This document shows, in pieces, positions 11,929 to 26,589 of a DNA stretch of 64,000 bases; position 1 is the first letter of the stretch; each line of letters begins with the position of its first letter. The stretch lies in assembly GCA_030704615.1 (NCBI GenBank), contig CM060733.1, positions 50,406,001-50,470,000 of the forward strand, given 5' to 3'. The notes beneath the pieces were generated by a model. The model did not search any database. It had not been told where the DNA came from and was given only the letters and a program-made list of their open reading frames with translations. This DNA comes from Takakia lepidozioides. Lineage: Eukaryota; Plantae; Bryophyta. Made by a program: the position numbers and the translations under genes.

Positions 11929-14349
11929 GTGCAGGCTCTGGAGGATGGGGCTTGGACTCATTACTCAAATTTACTGTCGTTATGCTCGTAATGAGGAGAC
12001 AATTGATCATCTCTCTCCAACGCAAGTTTCAAATGCATGTTGCTGATTACCATGAGTTGTCTACTGGGTGTATGATGTCATGGAGTGGATTTCTTTCTGT
12101 CTGTTGTGGCTGCTTTCCAAATTGCTATCTCGGTTGCTCATGTTGCCAGCTCATGTTTTCAGCTCTAACAGTTGCTTTGGACCTGTTTGTTGATTGTGTA
12201 AGCAGAGAAGTGAAGGCCCATGGGTGCTGATGTATCTGTAGGACGTGGCGTGTTTGGAGAGTGCATGTGGGAGTGTAATTGCAGTATGGTCCCCATAGAA
12301 ATTAGAAAGAATTTAGCAGGCTGGGTGTAATCCAGCACACCTTGTTTTGATAGTCTACTGTGCACTGCCTTGATGTACAGATCATTTTACGTGAACAATA
12401 AATTCATTCTCATTTTCGCTCTCTCTCTTTGGATAGAACAGGGGTGCAATCATGCAGCTAGAAAGCTAGTTGGGCCCAGACCACCAAGGGAGATGTCATA
12501 ATGTGGCAGGTTTTCTGTCACATCTCGTTTTGGAAGTAATCACATTGTTCGGAACATTTTTGGAAGCGCTCACATTGTCCGGTACATTCGGGTCCACCAA
12601 GTTTACAGCCGCCGAATCCCCAAAGAATCAAGCTGCCAGATTTTGCGCTGTACTTGGATGCACATGAGAATGACTGGTGACGTCTTTACTCCGCCGGTGG
12701 AACGTGCGGTGTCATCTCGATAGGTACGTGAAACAGTGAGTGGCAACATATGCTTACGGGATAGCATAACAGGGTGGGCTCTTGATTCCTCTCCTCTTCA
12801 CTCTCTCTGTAGCTGCAACGTGCACAGGCTGGATGCCCACCTGGGAGCCTTTTTGAGGGGATGGCATAGGCACCTCCTCCTTCTTTCAAAGTTATGCCGG
12901 AAGCATTCAGGGTTAGGCCACCACTGGTACCCAAACCGTGGGCCCACCGATTGCAAAGGCTTATAACGCATAGCGTACCCTAGGTGTCCATCTCAGGCTG
13001 TTCGTGAGGCCCATGCCCGAATAGTTTTCTTTCCTAAAAGAAGAGAGGTCCGGCATGCTTCTTGGAATTCCTGCAGTTCCGGCACTATACATTATATATT
13101 GTATAAAAGTACATTTTCTACTCGAATACGTGGCTAGTCTAATGGTAAAACTCCATATTGTGTTGGAGCATATGTGCTGCAAAACTCACTTTTTTCTTTT
13201 TCTTTTTCTTTTTAATTAACGAAAGGGGACAAAGGCCCGTCAGATCACATTAAAAGGTGTCTTGGAACAATTAACCAACACAGAAGGCCATGAGATGTAC
13301 AGTGCACTCATACAGTAATTCTAATCCATCACTAACTTATATTCCTCTTTGTTTTTGGGAGCCCCCTAAATATTAACTAAAGTACTTACTATATATGTAT
13401 AAGTAGTAAGGTGTTATATAGCCCGGTGGTGGAGACTTCCAGAACGAAGACCCTGGAGACTTCTAAAAGACTCCCCACGTGTCCTACCCTAGATAAACCA
13501 CCACACTATTTGACACGTTTCCAATAATTGCACCCCCCAAAAACTAATCTGAGCCCACCATTGGCTTCTCCAATGGTGCGCCTATTTTCTTATCTTTCAT
13601 AGATTAAACATTCTCTACCCCTCTTTCTAGGTGTCCCTACAAATCTTTCCCAGCTGGTCTACTCACCAGCCCCCCTTTTCTCTCGCGGCTGTGTCCTTCC
13701 CCTCCTTTTCCACTCGCCCCCCAACTTCATCGTGCCATCTTCTTACCGGTTGACAGTTTCTGGAATGAAACTCGGGCTACATATTGAGTAGGAGTGTTTT
13801 TCTTTTCCCGGCACTCTATTCTTTTAAATAATGTCGAACAGCTTGTGGAGCTAAGAGAGCTCTCAACCAAGGTTGGTCCTACAAATGGTGGTCATCTTGC
13901 CCATGACCCTCTATTTGAGTTAAAAAGGTGGTTTAAAAACTCGCTTCTCAGCAGAGTTGATAGAGCATGTGTGGGGCACGACCACTCCTTGTTCCAAAAT
14001 TGGATGACTTATGATGCTCATGCATCCGCCGCAGGACTTTGTGAAAATTAGAAAAGTTTAAAAATATCCATTACATGATTCTATGTAAGATGAAAAGAAC
14101 TGGATCGGGTTGTTGATATGACAATTTCAGCAATTTGCATGTGCTTGACAATTGAGACTAATTAACTTTGTCATCAAAAGAACTGATTATTTTCCCTATC
14201 TTATGTGCACTAGGGCCTCATTACTGATTACATTGATGTAGTCACTGAAAACAAATACAATGCATAGATCGATTGATCAATTTGCTTGTAGTGGATTATT
14301 CCCACATGATATCATAGACACGTGATATCCTGAGAGTAGAGATTTAGAA

Positions 14350-14760
14350 ACTATGGCATCTACAATAGATCCATACCTCATTGACAAATTCAAAGAAGCC
14401 TCCAAGTTCCACATCTAAAAAATTCAAATTGATGATGATGCTATTGAGAAGGAGAAACTTCAATTTGGACCATCATGGATGGAATAAAACTTAAGATCAG
14501 CTCAAGGTGAAGATGAAAAGAAGCAAGTATACGTGTTGCTGGATGAACTGTATTTGATGCTATATGGAGTTTGTGATTGATGGTGATCTGTAGCACATAC
14601 TTTGTGAAAGATCATATATTCTTTGTAGAACTAACTTTAATTAGCAAACTACCTCCAGATAAAGCTTTGCCCTGCAGAGGAGAATTGGATATCCCCAATG
14701 TAGCAAAAGTTGGTAGAGATGATGGGCGGCACTTCACCTTGCTACGAAAAAAAAACAAAC

Positions 14761-14791
<31 letters not shown>

Positions 14792-15930
14792 ACAAATTGT
14801 TAGATGTTTATTGATAGTGTAGGTTCGGGTATATCTGGATCAAGTTGTAGTAGTTCGAAAGATAATCATGGAACGTCTAATTTTGATAGTCGGAGGTCAA
14901 ATTGACACAATGACATGATTGTCACTTTGAATAGATTGACGCTTTCAAGAAATCAACCTCACAGAGGAGATGGTCAACAGGATGATGATGAGGAGGAGGA
15001 GGAGCAATGACAACTTAATCTATGTAAAAGGTAATTTAACTAGATATACATCAGAAAGAAGGTAAAAATCTTGGAACAATGATGTTTGACTATGAAGATA
15101 GAAGAGACCATTTTCATAATCCTGAGGGGAACGCAGCTTGCAAATTCAAAAGCTCCAGATTGTTTAAAAACATCTGTAGTAATTTATCCTATTTCTGACA
15201 TTTATGTTTGACAAGAAAAGTCATCATGTGAAGATCAACAACAAGGTCAAGTTCGAGCTATCAGGGGAGGCTCCACCAAGTTTGACAGTGAGTAACAAGT
15301 TCTTTGGGTGGTTGAGTGACACTTCAATGGAGATCTCAATGCAATGTATTGAAGATTATAAAGTTGTATGACTTGATCGCAATGACTTCATGATGGAGGA
15401 TACTGATGGTTGTATAAAACCTGTTCTTTTTTGCAATGGCAAGAACATCATTTCCATGAACTCAGGAACTCAATCAAGTAAAGGATGGGGAGGGGAAGTC
15501 TCAGCAAGTGGAAGTGTCAATATTGGCATTGGAAAGATGACAAGTCCAACAGTTTCAAGCAAAATAACACGTGGCCAACATGAAACCAATGGAGACACAA
15601 ACACCTTAGAGACCCCAATGCAACTGAAAGTGCTCTTAGGAGGTTTTTATTGTTGCTGTCGTTCATCCGGTAGAAATGCGCATTTGCTTTTCAACATTTT
15701 CTATCCCCGACCAGCTTTGAAGATTGTTGATGATTTGGACATGTTGTGGCATGATAGTGAAGCTCGAAAAAATGCCTTGGCCCTAGGTACTTATGGAAAC
15801 TTACACAACAATTGCAGAAGGAACTTGGGTTCCAAAATACATCCACCGAGGTTGTCTAGATGGGAAACATAGTCTCGAGTGAGATGTATGTACAACACTT
15901 CTCTGAGTCGATAATACAAGTCAATCTTGC
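14350..15930 (+). pseudogene. Decayed protein-coding gene of unknown function, with a Ser/Thr/Gly-rich segment resembling a beta-pore-forming hairpin
   Basis: Protein-like frames broken by stops and frameshifts (..KFFGWLSDTSMEISMQC..*..SGTQSSKGWGGEVSASGSVNIGIG..GGFY..FYPRP..EGTW); boundaries approximate. Confidence 0.4.
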
Positions 15931-16659
15931 CATGACCCATCTACATATTATTATTAATGGTCACCAACATGTTATATTGGAACTGAGGGGTACACCTGAT
16001 GTTGTGGAGGTCCTAAGGTAGCAATTGTTGTGCAAATGTCAATTTTATTTCTTTTGAACATTTTCATTCAAAGAATAGTCGTTGATGCAGTTTCTGATGA
16101 TGTCTTCTAAGGACTCCCTATTGAAGATCTAGCACATGTTCTTAATATATGTTGGGCTTGTGCAAAAATAGATTGTCTTCTCGAAAGCATAGTTTGCTTT
16201 TATTGAACATACTTGTAGTTTGGCACAGCTAATCACTCGATTAATCTTGGCAAACTTTATGCCAAGATCAACTTACTGAACATTGCAATTACCAGACCAT
16301 CAATGCAAAACGACCTTTGCAGCAAGCAACATTTACAAGGAACTTTATATCATCAGCTTCTTGGCTAGTAGTCTTGATCCCTTGGTAGCAAGTGAGTCTG
16401 ATCACTGTACATGACTACTTTATCATGCGGAACTAAAGAGAGTCCACACAACCCTCTACAACATCTGACAAAGCGTAACAAGAACTACAACCAACAAAAA
16501 ATAGAGTCTATGTTCGAAGACGATCTTGAATGGTAAGGCGGGAAGAATGGTAAGTCATTATCTGTATAATCTTGGTGGTGACTATGACATATAGGTAAGT
16601 AGCTACTAATTCAAACACTACTTGTAATGCTCACTGGTGAACTGGATTCAGAATATCCA

Positions 16660-19600
16660 ACACTCGCATTCAATGAGCCAGTGAGCATTGCACTCATCAT
16701 GATGCATGCTACTCCCACTCAATGATCACGGATCACTGGTGCAAGACCAAATAAGCCACGCAAACGCTGAAATTTCTCTACGCTCAAACCCTTAGTAAAG
16801 ATATCAGCAATCTGATCCCCTGTGGGCACATATGAAATATGAATCTCCCCTTCGCTCAGCTTCTCTCGCACAATGTGATATTGAATATCTATGTGTTTAG
16901 TACGCTTGGGGAACTTTGGGTTGTGAGCGAGCTTGATGCAGCTCTAGTTGTCGAATAAAAGTAAGGTAGGTGAACGTTGTGGATATCCAACACTTGCAAG
17001 TAGACGACGAAGCCAAGTAATTTCTTTAGTGGCTACAAAGCTAGCCACATACTCGGCCTCGGTGGTCCTTGTTTTCGAGACCCCCAGGCAATGGGACCAT
17101 TGTTGAGGAAAAGTATGTAGCCACTTCGAGATTTTCGATCATCAAGGTCTGCTCCATAATCTGCATCACAATATGCAGTGAGGACATTGTTGTTGGCAGC
17201 TCCTCTATAGCAGATGGAGAGATGTGATGTATCCTTAAGATATTTCAGGATCCACTTAAATGCAACACAACGAGTTCGTGTAGGAGCGGCAGAGTACTTG
17301 ATAACATTAGAGACCGTGTATCACTACAACAGATCGCGGTAGTTATGACTGCCAAACCGTGGTAGTCATAGTTTTCTTGACTTTGACCATGATTGCACCA
17401 TGTTTTTATATGAAATTGACCTCCCGCAGTCGTTCATATGACTATAGTCGTATGAACGACTATCTAAGTAGTCGTCTGTATGACTATATGGCTCCGGGAT
17501 GGACAGAAGGCTGGTCAACGACAATTGACCAGATTTAGCTCACCATTCATAGTCATTTCCATGACTACAGTGTACATGGATAAAGGTTACATAGTCATGA
17601 TGACTACCGGGGATTTTGTAATTTGGTGTGTATAATACAATTAAAACATCATATGATCACATGAATGACTAATGGGTGTATTGGTTAGCAGGTAGTGAAC
17701 TATAATTCTTATAGTAAAGAGTTGCAGATTCAAACTCGTCTAAGTACAATCAAATGGATAAGATGGCCCTAGGGTTAGTAGGCGAGCTAGGGATAGCACG
17801 TGGTACCCTAGATGGGCTGCCACGTGGTTTTATTATTATTATAAAATGCATTATGCCACGTGGCACAATGCGGTGCGACGCGGCGTCTGACATATGTTTT
17901 ATTTATTTATTTATTTTTAAAAAAATATTATTTTTAATCAATTGCGCCTCCCCACGTGGTGCGGCAGCGGCGACTGCAGTATGGTATATATGACTGCAGT
18001 GAGAGATATCACTTGGTTCATCTGACTGTAGTCATCCGGACCGTACCATCTTGTACTCATTGTATTCACTTGGTTTGTACGACTTACAGTCATAGATTTC
18101 ATATGTACCGTTTATGACTGCAGAATAGTCATATATACAGTCACAAATACCGCGATATGTTGTAGTATGAAATATCTGGTCGAGTGCCAAGACTGGCAAA
18201 TGCAATGCTTCCCAAAATCTGCTGATAGGGAAAATTTGTCTCAACATTTTCTTCAGTTGTGGATGAAAGGCAGAGCCGAACATTGGGGTCAACAGGTACA
18301 ATGACTGGATTAGCATCCTCAAAGCCGAACTTCCGAATTGTGCACTCGATATATACTTGCTGATCTAAGAAAAGCAGACGAAGAGCTCGGTTTTTGGTGA
18401 TGCGTAAACCAACATAGCAATCAGGAACTCATGTCTTTATCTCAAAGACATCATCCATTGAAGCAATGGTGTTCTGGATGCGGGAAGTACTGATACTGCA
18501 GGCCAGGCCGTCATCAACAAAAATAGTGACAATCAATTGCGTCTCACAACTGCTGAACTATACGCAAGGGTTTGTTGTACTCGGTGTGAGATGATGTGTG
18601 ACCAGGAAGTCATTAAAACGCTGATTCCATACTCTTGAAACCTGTTTAAGTCCATATATTGACTTGCGTAGACGACAAACTTTGTGTGGAGCAGAAGGGT
18701 CGATGAATCCTAGAGCTTGGTCCATGTAAATCTCCTCATCGACTTCGCCATAGAGAAATGCAGTCTTCACATCGAATTGCACCATGTGCATATCCTCGAT
18801 TGCAACAATTGCTAAAATAGCACGGATAGATACAAAATGTACCACTGGTACATACTTTTCATGGTAGTCGATTCCCTCTCGCTGTGTAAAGCCTTTGGCC
18901 ACAACTCTCGCTTCGAACCAATCGATTGAGCCATCAGACTTCATTTTCAGCTTATACACTCATTTGCAATTTACAGCATGGCGTCCTGGTGGCAAATTTG
19001 TCAATGTCCAGATTTGATTCTTAATCAAAGAATCGAACTCATCGGCCATGACCATGATTTGCCACTGTGCAACGTGCGTAGATTAATGTGTGGCCCGATG
19101 GTACGTCTGTGGTTCATCTGGCATCTCAATGGATTCAACAGCGAATGCACTTGGAGCCTCTTGATTAGGGTAGATCCATTCACCGTATCGAGATGGTGGC
19201 TTCCTGCTGCGATATGGCAGCGATGGCACTATGGCCATGTCCAGAATTGGAGGACTTTGTTGTGGCGATACAACTTCATCCGCAGGCTCAACTTGTAGGT
19301 CAAATATCAATTGAGGAGGGGATGCTGTAGGATTGTCAGTATCAACTCGAGATTCCTCCTCTGGGCATCACTGCGATTGTTCACAATCTCCGCATTTATT
19401 GGATATAGTGCTCCGATGAGTGTAACTTGATTGCCAGCAGACTCCGTTTCAGTGTGATAGCGTGACTCTTGTGGAGATGATTCATCAAAATTACATCTCT
19501 CATTGTGAAGGAACAATTCTTTCTGTGTCCCAAACATGGTATGCTTTGCTCTCGTCTCAGTATCCAAGACCTAATATACTCCCCAAATTCATCCTCCCCA

Positions 19601-20400
19601 CCTTCAAAGTCTATATCGAGCAATTTCCAAAGCTCAATATAACCGTGATTAAAGCATAATAAGCAGTAATAACAAAAGTGCCTCTGCACACCATTTGGAT
19701 GATCGATGGAGTGGACATGATTCTCGAGACAAGCACGCTGATCCTGCCAGCGCATGGGGTTATTTCTTTCGTTTTTTTGTTAGCGCCCGCCTTGATCGAT
19801 CTATCCACAACTTTCACTAGAGTAGAACGTGTTTTTTCAAAGAGCGCATTGGTTTGGATCTCGACAAGAACCTCCTCAATTCCAGATTCGCCAATTCGTT
19901 TAATCTGTCGACAATGGACAAGTCGTCCGCACGCACTGAGGAAGAGTGCAATTACAACGCAATCTTATCATTCCAGGCCGATTCAATGAAATTAATCTGC
20001 TACTAAATACTTGTAATCTGATATTGAAATCATTAGAATCGGGGAACTGTGTATAAATACCTTACACTTGGATAGTATTATCCGTTAGCTAGCCAGGGCA
20101 TGTATGGAACCATAGCTTCAGCCTACAGGTAATGGCATTTCCAATATTTGCATGGAACTTGCGAGAAGTCTGCCAATTCTTGAATCCTAATTATCTTCCA
20201 CTTCGTACTCTTGCAGTTGGATTCTCATCCTCCATGGTAGCCTCTGGATCATTTAGGAGAATGTATGGTAACAATCGATTAGCCTCCATAAACGCTTCTG
20301 AATCATGCCGAGGTTCGCTCATATTCTCAAATGCTATATCAAATCTCGGATCCTCAAATGCAGCAATGAGGTCCTAGGGGAGGACAATTGGTTCATTATT
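16660..20400 (-). mobile_element. Degenerate Ty1/Copia retrotransposon (gag relic, integrase tail, RT, RNase H)
   Basis: RT motifs ARVVAKGFTQREGIDY, QFDVKTAFLYG, LRKSIYGLKQ, TIFVDDG, TRPDISY; RNase H KRTKHIDIQYH..DQIADIFTK (16780-16930); ESKAYHVWD near 19540. Many stops; LTRs not resolved, outer limits approximate. Confidence 0.9.
17322..18165. mobile_element. Non-autonomous CACTA (En/Spm) element nested in the Copia RT
   Basis: Left TIR CACTACAACAGATCGCGGT; right ACCGCGATATGTTGTAG (terminal TG lost); 3-bp TSD TAT; ATGACTA/TAGTCAT subterminal repeats. Removing it restores Copia TRPDISYTVSNV. Confidence 0.85.
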
Positions 20401-23043
20401 GGCCACTCTCGGGAACAGATACTACTGTAGCATGCTCATAATCCATTCCAGATACAACTAGACTATCGAATGTCGTAGAATTAACATAATGAGACTCATC
20501 GTGGAGTACATAAGACTGAATTACAGCCTCTCTATTAGTAGAATTCATGTTCACTACATTGTAATATGGATCCTAACATGGATATGGTATATTGCTAGCA
20601 ACACAACCCCTTCACCTAGCGTTTTCAATGACCTCAACAAATGCATGACTGGAATAGACTTGACACCAACACTTCTAACACAATCCTTCTTAACTGGACG
20701 TTTATGACGCTTCGTCATCGTTTACCGAGAGCTATAGCAAAATTCGCAAAGAATCTACTCAGATGTATTTATAGCTTAAAATGGAGGTTAGGGAGCATGG
20801 GAAATTGGGGGGAAACACGGGGAACTCTCCCAAAAGTAAATTACGTATGGTAATCACCCTAGGTCGCGCTGTCATGGAAATAATCTGCCACTCCTACTCA
20901 CTACCGCCACTCGCAGTCGCAGCAGATTATTTTGCATAACAACACCCCCAATGGCAATTACCTAATACTTAATGCCATTCAACATTGTGCTTTCATACAA
21001 GAAGGCTTGATTTTCAAAACGTGCAGACCTAGGTGTCAGGCGAGATGGAAGAGACCTATAACCGTTCAAAGCATTGGGAAATGTGGCTTGTGTGGTCATA
21101 GGTAGTATACACGTGGCGTACTCTCCCAATGTGCAGTCATAGGTCTTTATTTGGTGATAGGCCAACATACTCTACTCGTCATTGGATAGAAGTTTTAAAA
21201 AAACCTATATTGGAAATTGTACTTGTATTTCCATATAGTTTCCATAGACCGTAGAGGCCGCTCTATTTTGTCGGACTCCTTCCGGAATCATTAAATACTT
21301 GTAGGTCACCAGGTTCGGCAGGCTTAATGACAATATTAATTTTTTCGTCTAAGCTTCATCCGATTTTTCTGGAATTCGGCACCTTGGGGTACTTTTCATT
21401 TATTTTTATTTTTTTAAAGAACAGGGGACAACGACCTGGAGATTTTATTGCAAGGTTATTGGAGGGAAAAATTCATTAGAAGTAGTTAGTAGTTAGTAAG
21501 TAATTAGTACTAGCATTCACTACTGTAATGTTTTTGCATCGGGCAATTACCACCTTTTTATTTCCAAAGTTCACTTTTTAAAATGAAAATTATTCCCCTC
21601 TTTCATCTACTCCCAAGGCAAGATTTTAAAATATTCCCTGTTAACCCAAAAAAAATAAAAATATTCATCATCTCTTAAAATGAATTAATTAAAGTCGAAA
21701 TGGAGCGACCCCCACGGTACTCATGACAAAATTTGAGAGTTTTGAATGGTCTACCTAACTAGGAGAGCTAAGAAGTGGCGTCAAGGGAAGCACACCCTTT
21801 CAGTATTCAGATATTTTCCTGTAAGGATTACAAAGCAAAAATGTGAGCAAGTAGATTTTGAATGGCTTCGATCTGTTCTATCAATTCATCACCAGTTGCA
21901 CAATTCATCATACTTATGCAAACCATCATCACAAGCATTTGGCAGAATTTATAGAGTTAGGTGAAACAGAGACATGCAGCTACTTCAAAGAGACATACCT
22001 TACATAAGAGAGAAACCAAAGAAGAAAACTTGGGGTCGATGGGCTGAAGAGGTGGACCGTGGGACATGAGTTTCACTCACACACATTCCACCAAAGTAGT
22101 TTAAGCTTTCACCACTACATTTAAGACAGTTCAAATTAGAAACCTAACTGCACAACCCAAGCAATCATACTGGTGAGATGGCCGGTAGAGAGGAGGCACC
22201 CCCAGAGCCTCTCTCGTCTCACAGGATGGCACCGGAAATAAATAATCAGAGGGTGCGGTGGTAGCATTGAAGAATGTGGAGTAGGAAAGGAGACAGATGC
22301 AATGTGAGTATTTTCAAGAAGGTCACTGCCATGTTTCAGTGGTCATGCTCCAGCACCATCTTGAACTTCATTAACTTTTAGATATTGATGTCATTGATGT
22401 GGATCAGCACAACATTTCCAACCTTCTGCAAATTTATGCTTAAGAGCCTTCAGTGTAAATGTTTCATTTACTGCATATGAATGACTTTAAACAGACTACT
22501 TTTGCACACCCTAGGATTGGGTAGTGCCGAAGTGCATCATAATTTAACATACATTGTATACAAGTGGATACACTGTGAAGTAGGTTGGGGGGGGCGGCTG
22601 ACTGAGCAATTTAGCATACATTGTATACAAGTGGATACGCTGTGAAGTAGGTTTCGATGGGAACCTTTTCCAGGTTTGCTACCACAGAAGATGTTTCTTC
22701 TTGTTGCTGACACAGTTGCAGTCGCAGTGTGTAGCTGACATTTCTGGCATTGTAAGGTTGTAAAAAATCCGTCACTTTCAGATCATCATGAGTGGTAATG
22801 CACTCACTGCCAACCCACAAGAAAATAAAGGAGGGAGGCAGGGAAGGAGGGGGTTGTAGCCTAGATTAAAGCTAGGCTTTCAGTGGACAATGAAAAAGCA
22901 CTGAGTTGAATTATGGCAGTTTCTATCCTCCATGAAATAGGTATCCAAGATGCCAACTTTCCTGTAGGGGTGAAACTATTGCACGCTTGTTGCAAAAGGG
23001 GCATCTGTAATGCAATGACCTGTACAAGTTATGGAAGAGTTCC

Positions 23044-25795
23044 TTATGTAGGTGATGATAGAGAGGAAGAGCTGGGCTCTGAAATGGGAACAGGGGTGAC
23101 TGGAACAGGCAAGCGACCAACCCCATCCACTATAGCCCGTAACTTTGGAGGTGGTCGGGCAGGTCGAGGTAGCAGACGGCCCTTTTTCTCAAACCATTCG
23201 GGGGTGAGTAATGCTCTAAGCCCAAGCTCATTATAGTGCACTTTTCTTACACTCCCACCTGCAGCTTCAATTGCTACCTTGGCTCGTTCTGACACTCGGC
23301 TGACCTGCCACCCCCTCTGTGCATTTCAGTAACCCAAGGTCCCTAATACCAGCAAAACTGCTTATCAGATATGAGCAACGATCCCTTATTTCATTTATGC
23401 TACTCTTTGTGATCTTAAGATAGAGCTACTTTAAGTGTCCTGTATTTGGCTGTGATAATCACACTGGCTAAGATGTGGCTCTGATTCCTTATGATGTACG
23501 CTAGTTAGACTGCTCCTATGTCAAGATGACACAATATTCTCTTACACATCGGAAACACACCACCACCTTACAACTCGTCCTAACAACTAAACCTCACATT
23601 CAGTAGATCTGCACGCAGAGCTTGCTTTGTACAGACGTAACAAGTCATGTTCTCACCTCAATGTTAAGAGGCAGAGAAAATTTTTCAGCACCTCGTCCAA
23701 GCAGCTTCACACCATCCTTTACCTTCTTCCCTACTGCACCTGCATCCTGCCAACCTTTCATCCTTAAGTTTAAACAGTCAATCTTTGTAGCTAACAAATG
23801 ACTAAAGGCTTCTTTGCCGTTCTTGCCTGAGAAATGACATGTAACTACTACTCCAAAACAGAAGGCAAGGAGGACAGCAGCTAAGCTCTACCAGGATAAA
23901 ATGCTGAGGGTCAGACTTTCAAACACTTAGGCCTGTTCAAGTTGACAGTGACTTGGAAGGACCCTACAAGCTAATTGTTCAGTCCATGATTTTGTGGCAT
24001 TCTCTCAATCTGAAACATATAGCAACACCCTCATGGTATCACCACTGTGGGAATTCATTGCCAGTATAGCAAAGGTGTACCTTGACTTTTCCAGAGGTTG
24101 CATTTTCATAGGGTACTTTCTGACACAAAGGCATGCAGAAGAGGACAAAGATCTGATGGTAATCAGTGGTGCTATTCTAGGAGATCTAGAATCACAATTC
24201 ACATCTGAAAATATACAACGGAAAATGCGTTTAATACTTGAAATGGACAACTGAAAGAGACACAAAGTGCAAAAACCCAAAAGTCCCTGTGAGTAATCAC
24301 CTTGGTTGAGTAACTCGCAGCCACCCCAGAAAGCAAGAATGACCAGGAGAAACAGAGCAGAAGGCTCATGAAGATCCTCCATCCCACCCTAAAGAAGGCC
24401 TGAAGCACGTACTTTCAAAGTCTTCATGGTGATGAGTTGAGAGGTGTCAATGCGACCCTTGTTTGCCAGCTCTGCAATCGTGCTCAGGTTCACCCCCTGC
24501 ACAATGCAATCTGGTCAGAAAATCCTGAAAAAGTTCAAAATATTTTTATGAGCTCCCAGAATCAGAGATGGCTGCTCTGGGCCCGCCTGTGAGAAGAGAC
24601 AAGACACCGCCATTGCGCATCCCCAGGAGCTCGTCCGGCATGGATGAAGACCGGACTCATTAGACTTTGCTTGCTGCAGCATTGAAGCCACAGACCCAAA
24701 GCCTAGTTGAGATGGAGCAGAAATGGGCACAAAGGGGATGGGAGGGAAGATAATGGGCGTCACTAGACTGGCACGAGGCTTGCCCCCATAGTGGAACTGA
24801 CCAGAATACAAAGTCGATTCTGGCCTTCCAGATTGCTCTCGAATGCTTTACACTCTAGCATCTGAAATTGATCCTAGTATTGACCGGTAACTTCCAACCA
24901 TCCGGACTTCGCCAAATAGCCACGTCAGTTGATGCTTTCAGACAGGGCTACTTCTTCAGGACAGTACCCCTTACCGTACAGAAAAGACAGACAAAGGAGA
25001 GAAAAATATACTATAACGTCCATAAGCGAGAGACCTGGGGACAGTCTCAATTTGGACAATACTTGCAATAAAGCTGTGGCGCCTCTGCCAGAATAGCCCG
25101 TGAGTGTCACTGATCAATGTACTTGTAACTTTACTTCTCTGAATTCCCAAGTACATCCAGGAATGCAGAAAACTGCAGAACACGTTCAACTTTTTAGAAA
25201 CATGGTTGAGCAGCATTGCAAATCCACAGATGGTTCCTTAGAAAGAATAACCATACAGGTAGTCCAGCCTCAGAATTAAATGTTTCATCTGAAGGGCTCA
25301 ATATTGAGAAAACTCAAGCAGGAGAATGTCCTAAGTTGCCGGAGGACGAACAAAGTGAAATCAATCCAAACTGCTAGGTTCAAAGACACGTGCCTGGAAG
25401 GAACTTCCAAAGACATTGGTGAAACCTCTCTTAGGAATGCGCAAACGCAGTGGTGTTTGGCCTCCCTCGAACCCTAGGCGAGGGTTTCGACCATTACGAG
25501 CTTTCTGACCTTTATGCCCACGGCCGGCTGTCTTACCCTTACCAGAGCCAATGCCTCTTCCCAGCCTCGTCTTCTGATGCCTAGATCCCGGATTGTCGCG
25601 TAGTGTATTGAGTGCAAGAAATCCACCGGGGGGCACAACCCGCTCTTTCACTCCCCCTTTTGCTTGTACCCCTAAACTTTCAGATACTGGTCGAGCCTTT
25701 GCAGCCCCCTCAGATGCACTGGTACTGAATGCAGTTGCACCTTGCGCTACTGTTCGTGAAAATGCGGCCAAACTCAACTTCCCCAGCCGCTTCAT
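23044..25795 (-). CDS. RPL15: Mitochondrial 50S ribosomal protein L15 (uL15m), 4 exons, ~278 aa
   Basis: Exons 25795-25394, 24496-24413, 23746-23657, 23304-23044. Motifs [57 protein letters not shown]; basic/Ser-rich mitochondrial presequence; intron 1 has a GC donor. Confidence 0.93.
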
Positions 25796-26589
25796 CCCTG
25801 GACTTGTTCGTCTCTCCCACCTCGCTGTAGCTCCCTATAATTCCAAAGGAGGGCAAAAGACTGTAGTTTCCTTAAGTTCAGTCGATCACAAATGCACGTT
25901 TCTCACGAACGGCACACACACACACGGGTATCTAAACCGTCCCGCTCACAATCGCCTTCCTTTCCACCCAGCTCCCGAAACCCTAGCCCTAATAGAAAAT
26001 TTCAAAAACAAAATTTGGAGAATTATCGTTGCCTTTCGGACGATGCCGTGAAACGGCAGGAAACGGCTGTCAGTAGCTGCCGTCCGTCAGTTCGCGGCAG
26101 CTCCGCAACGGCAACTGATGCGTGCCCTCTTTTGTGCTAGCAAAACCGGGAGGAAATACAATGTATGTAGAATGCAGACTAATTCTCTCTATGAGAATTA
26201 GCTTGTGTTGTCCGCATGTATGTTTATCGGAGTTGTAGCATTGTTAGATGTCATATATTGCAGAAGAAAATTAAACTCCTTGAATCTGTCGCACTTGTTT
26301 GATCTTATTCTTCGGCTCCTGGCTCATTTTGTTGTTCCAACTTTAACCCCCTGAACGCATGCGGGGTCTGTTGGATTTTACGGAAAACAATGACACCCGC
26401 TTAGTAAAAACCATGCAACTTGCCTCATTTTGATTGTTCAACTGGACAATACCCAGCCACCTATCCACACTATAAGGACCGACACATCACATGCATTGTT
26501 GATCAAAGTGGATGCAATGCTGCACAGTCAGTGAAGACAGACACAACAGAGTAGCAGCATTCACGCCTAACACCACAACACACAAACCA

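Noticed and set aside
22548-22653. ~38-bp local direct duplication downstream of uL15m
   Set aside because: A simple local duplication with no sign of function.
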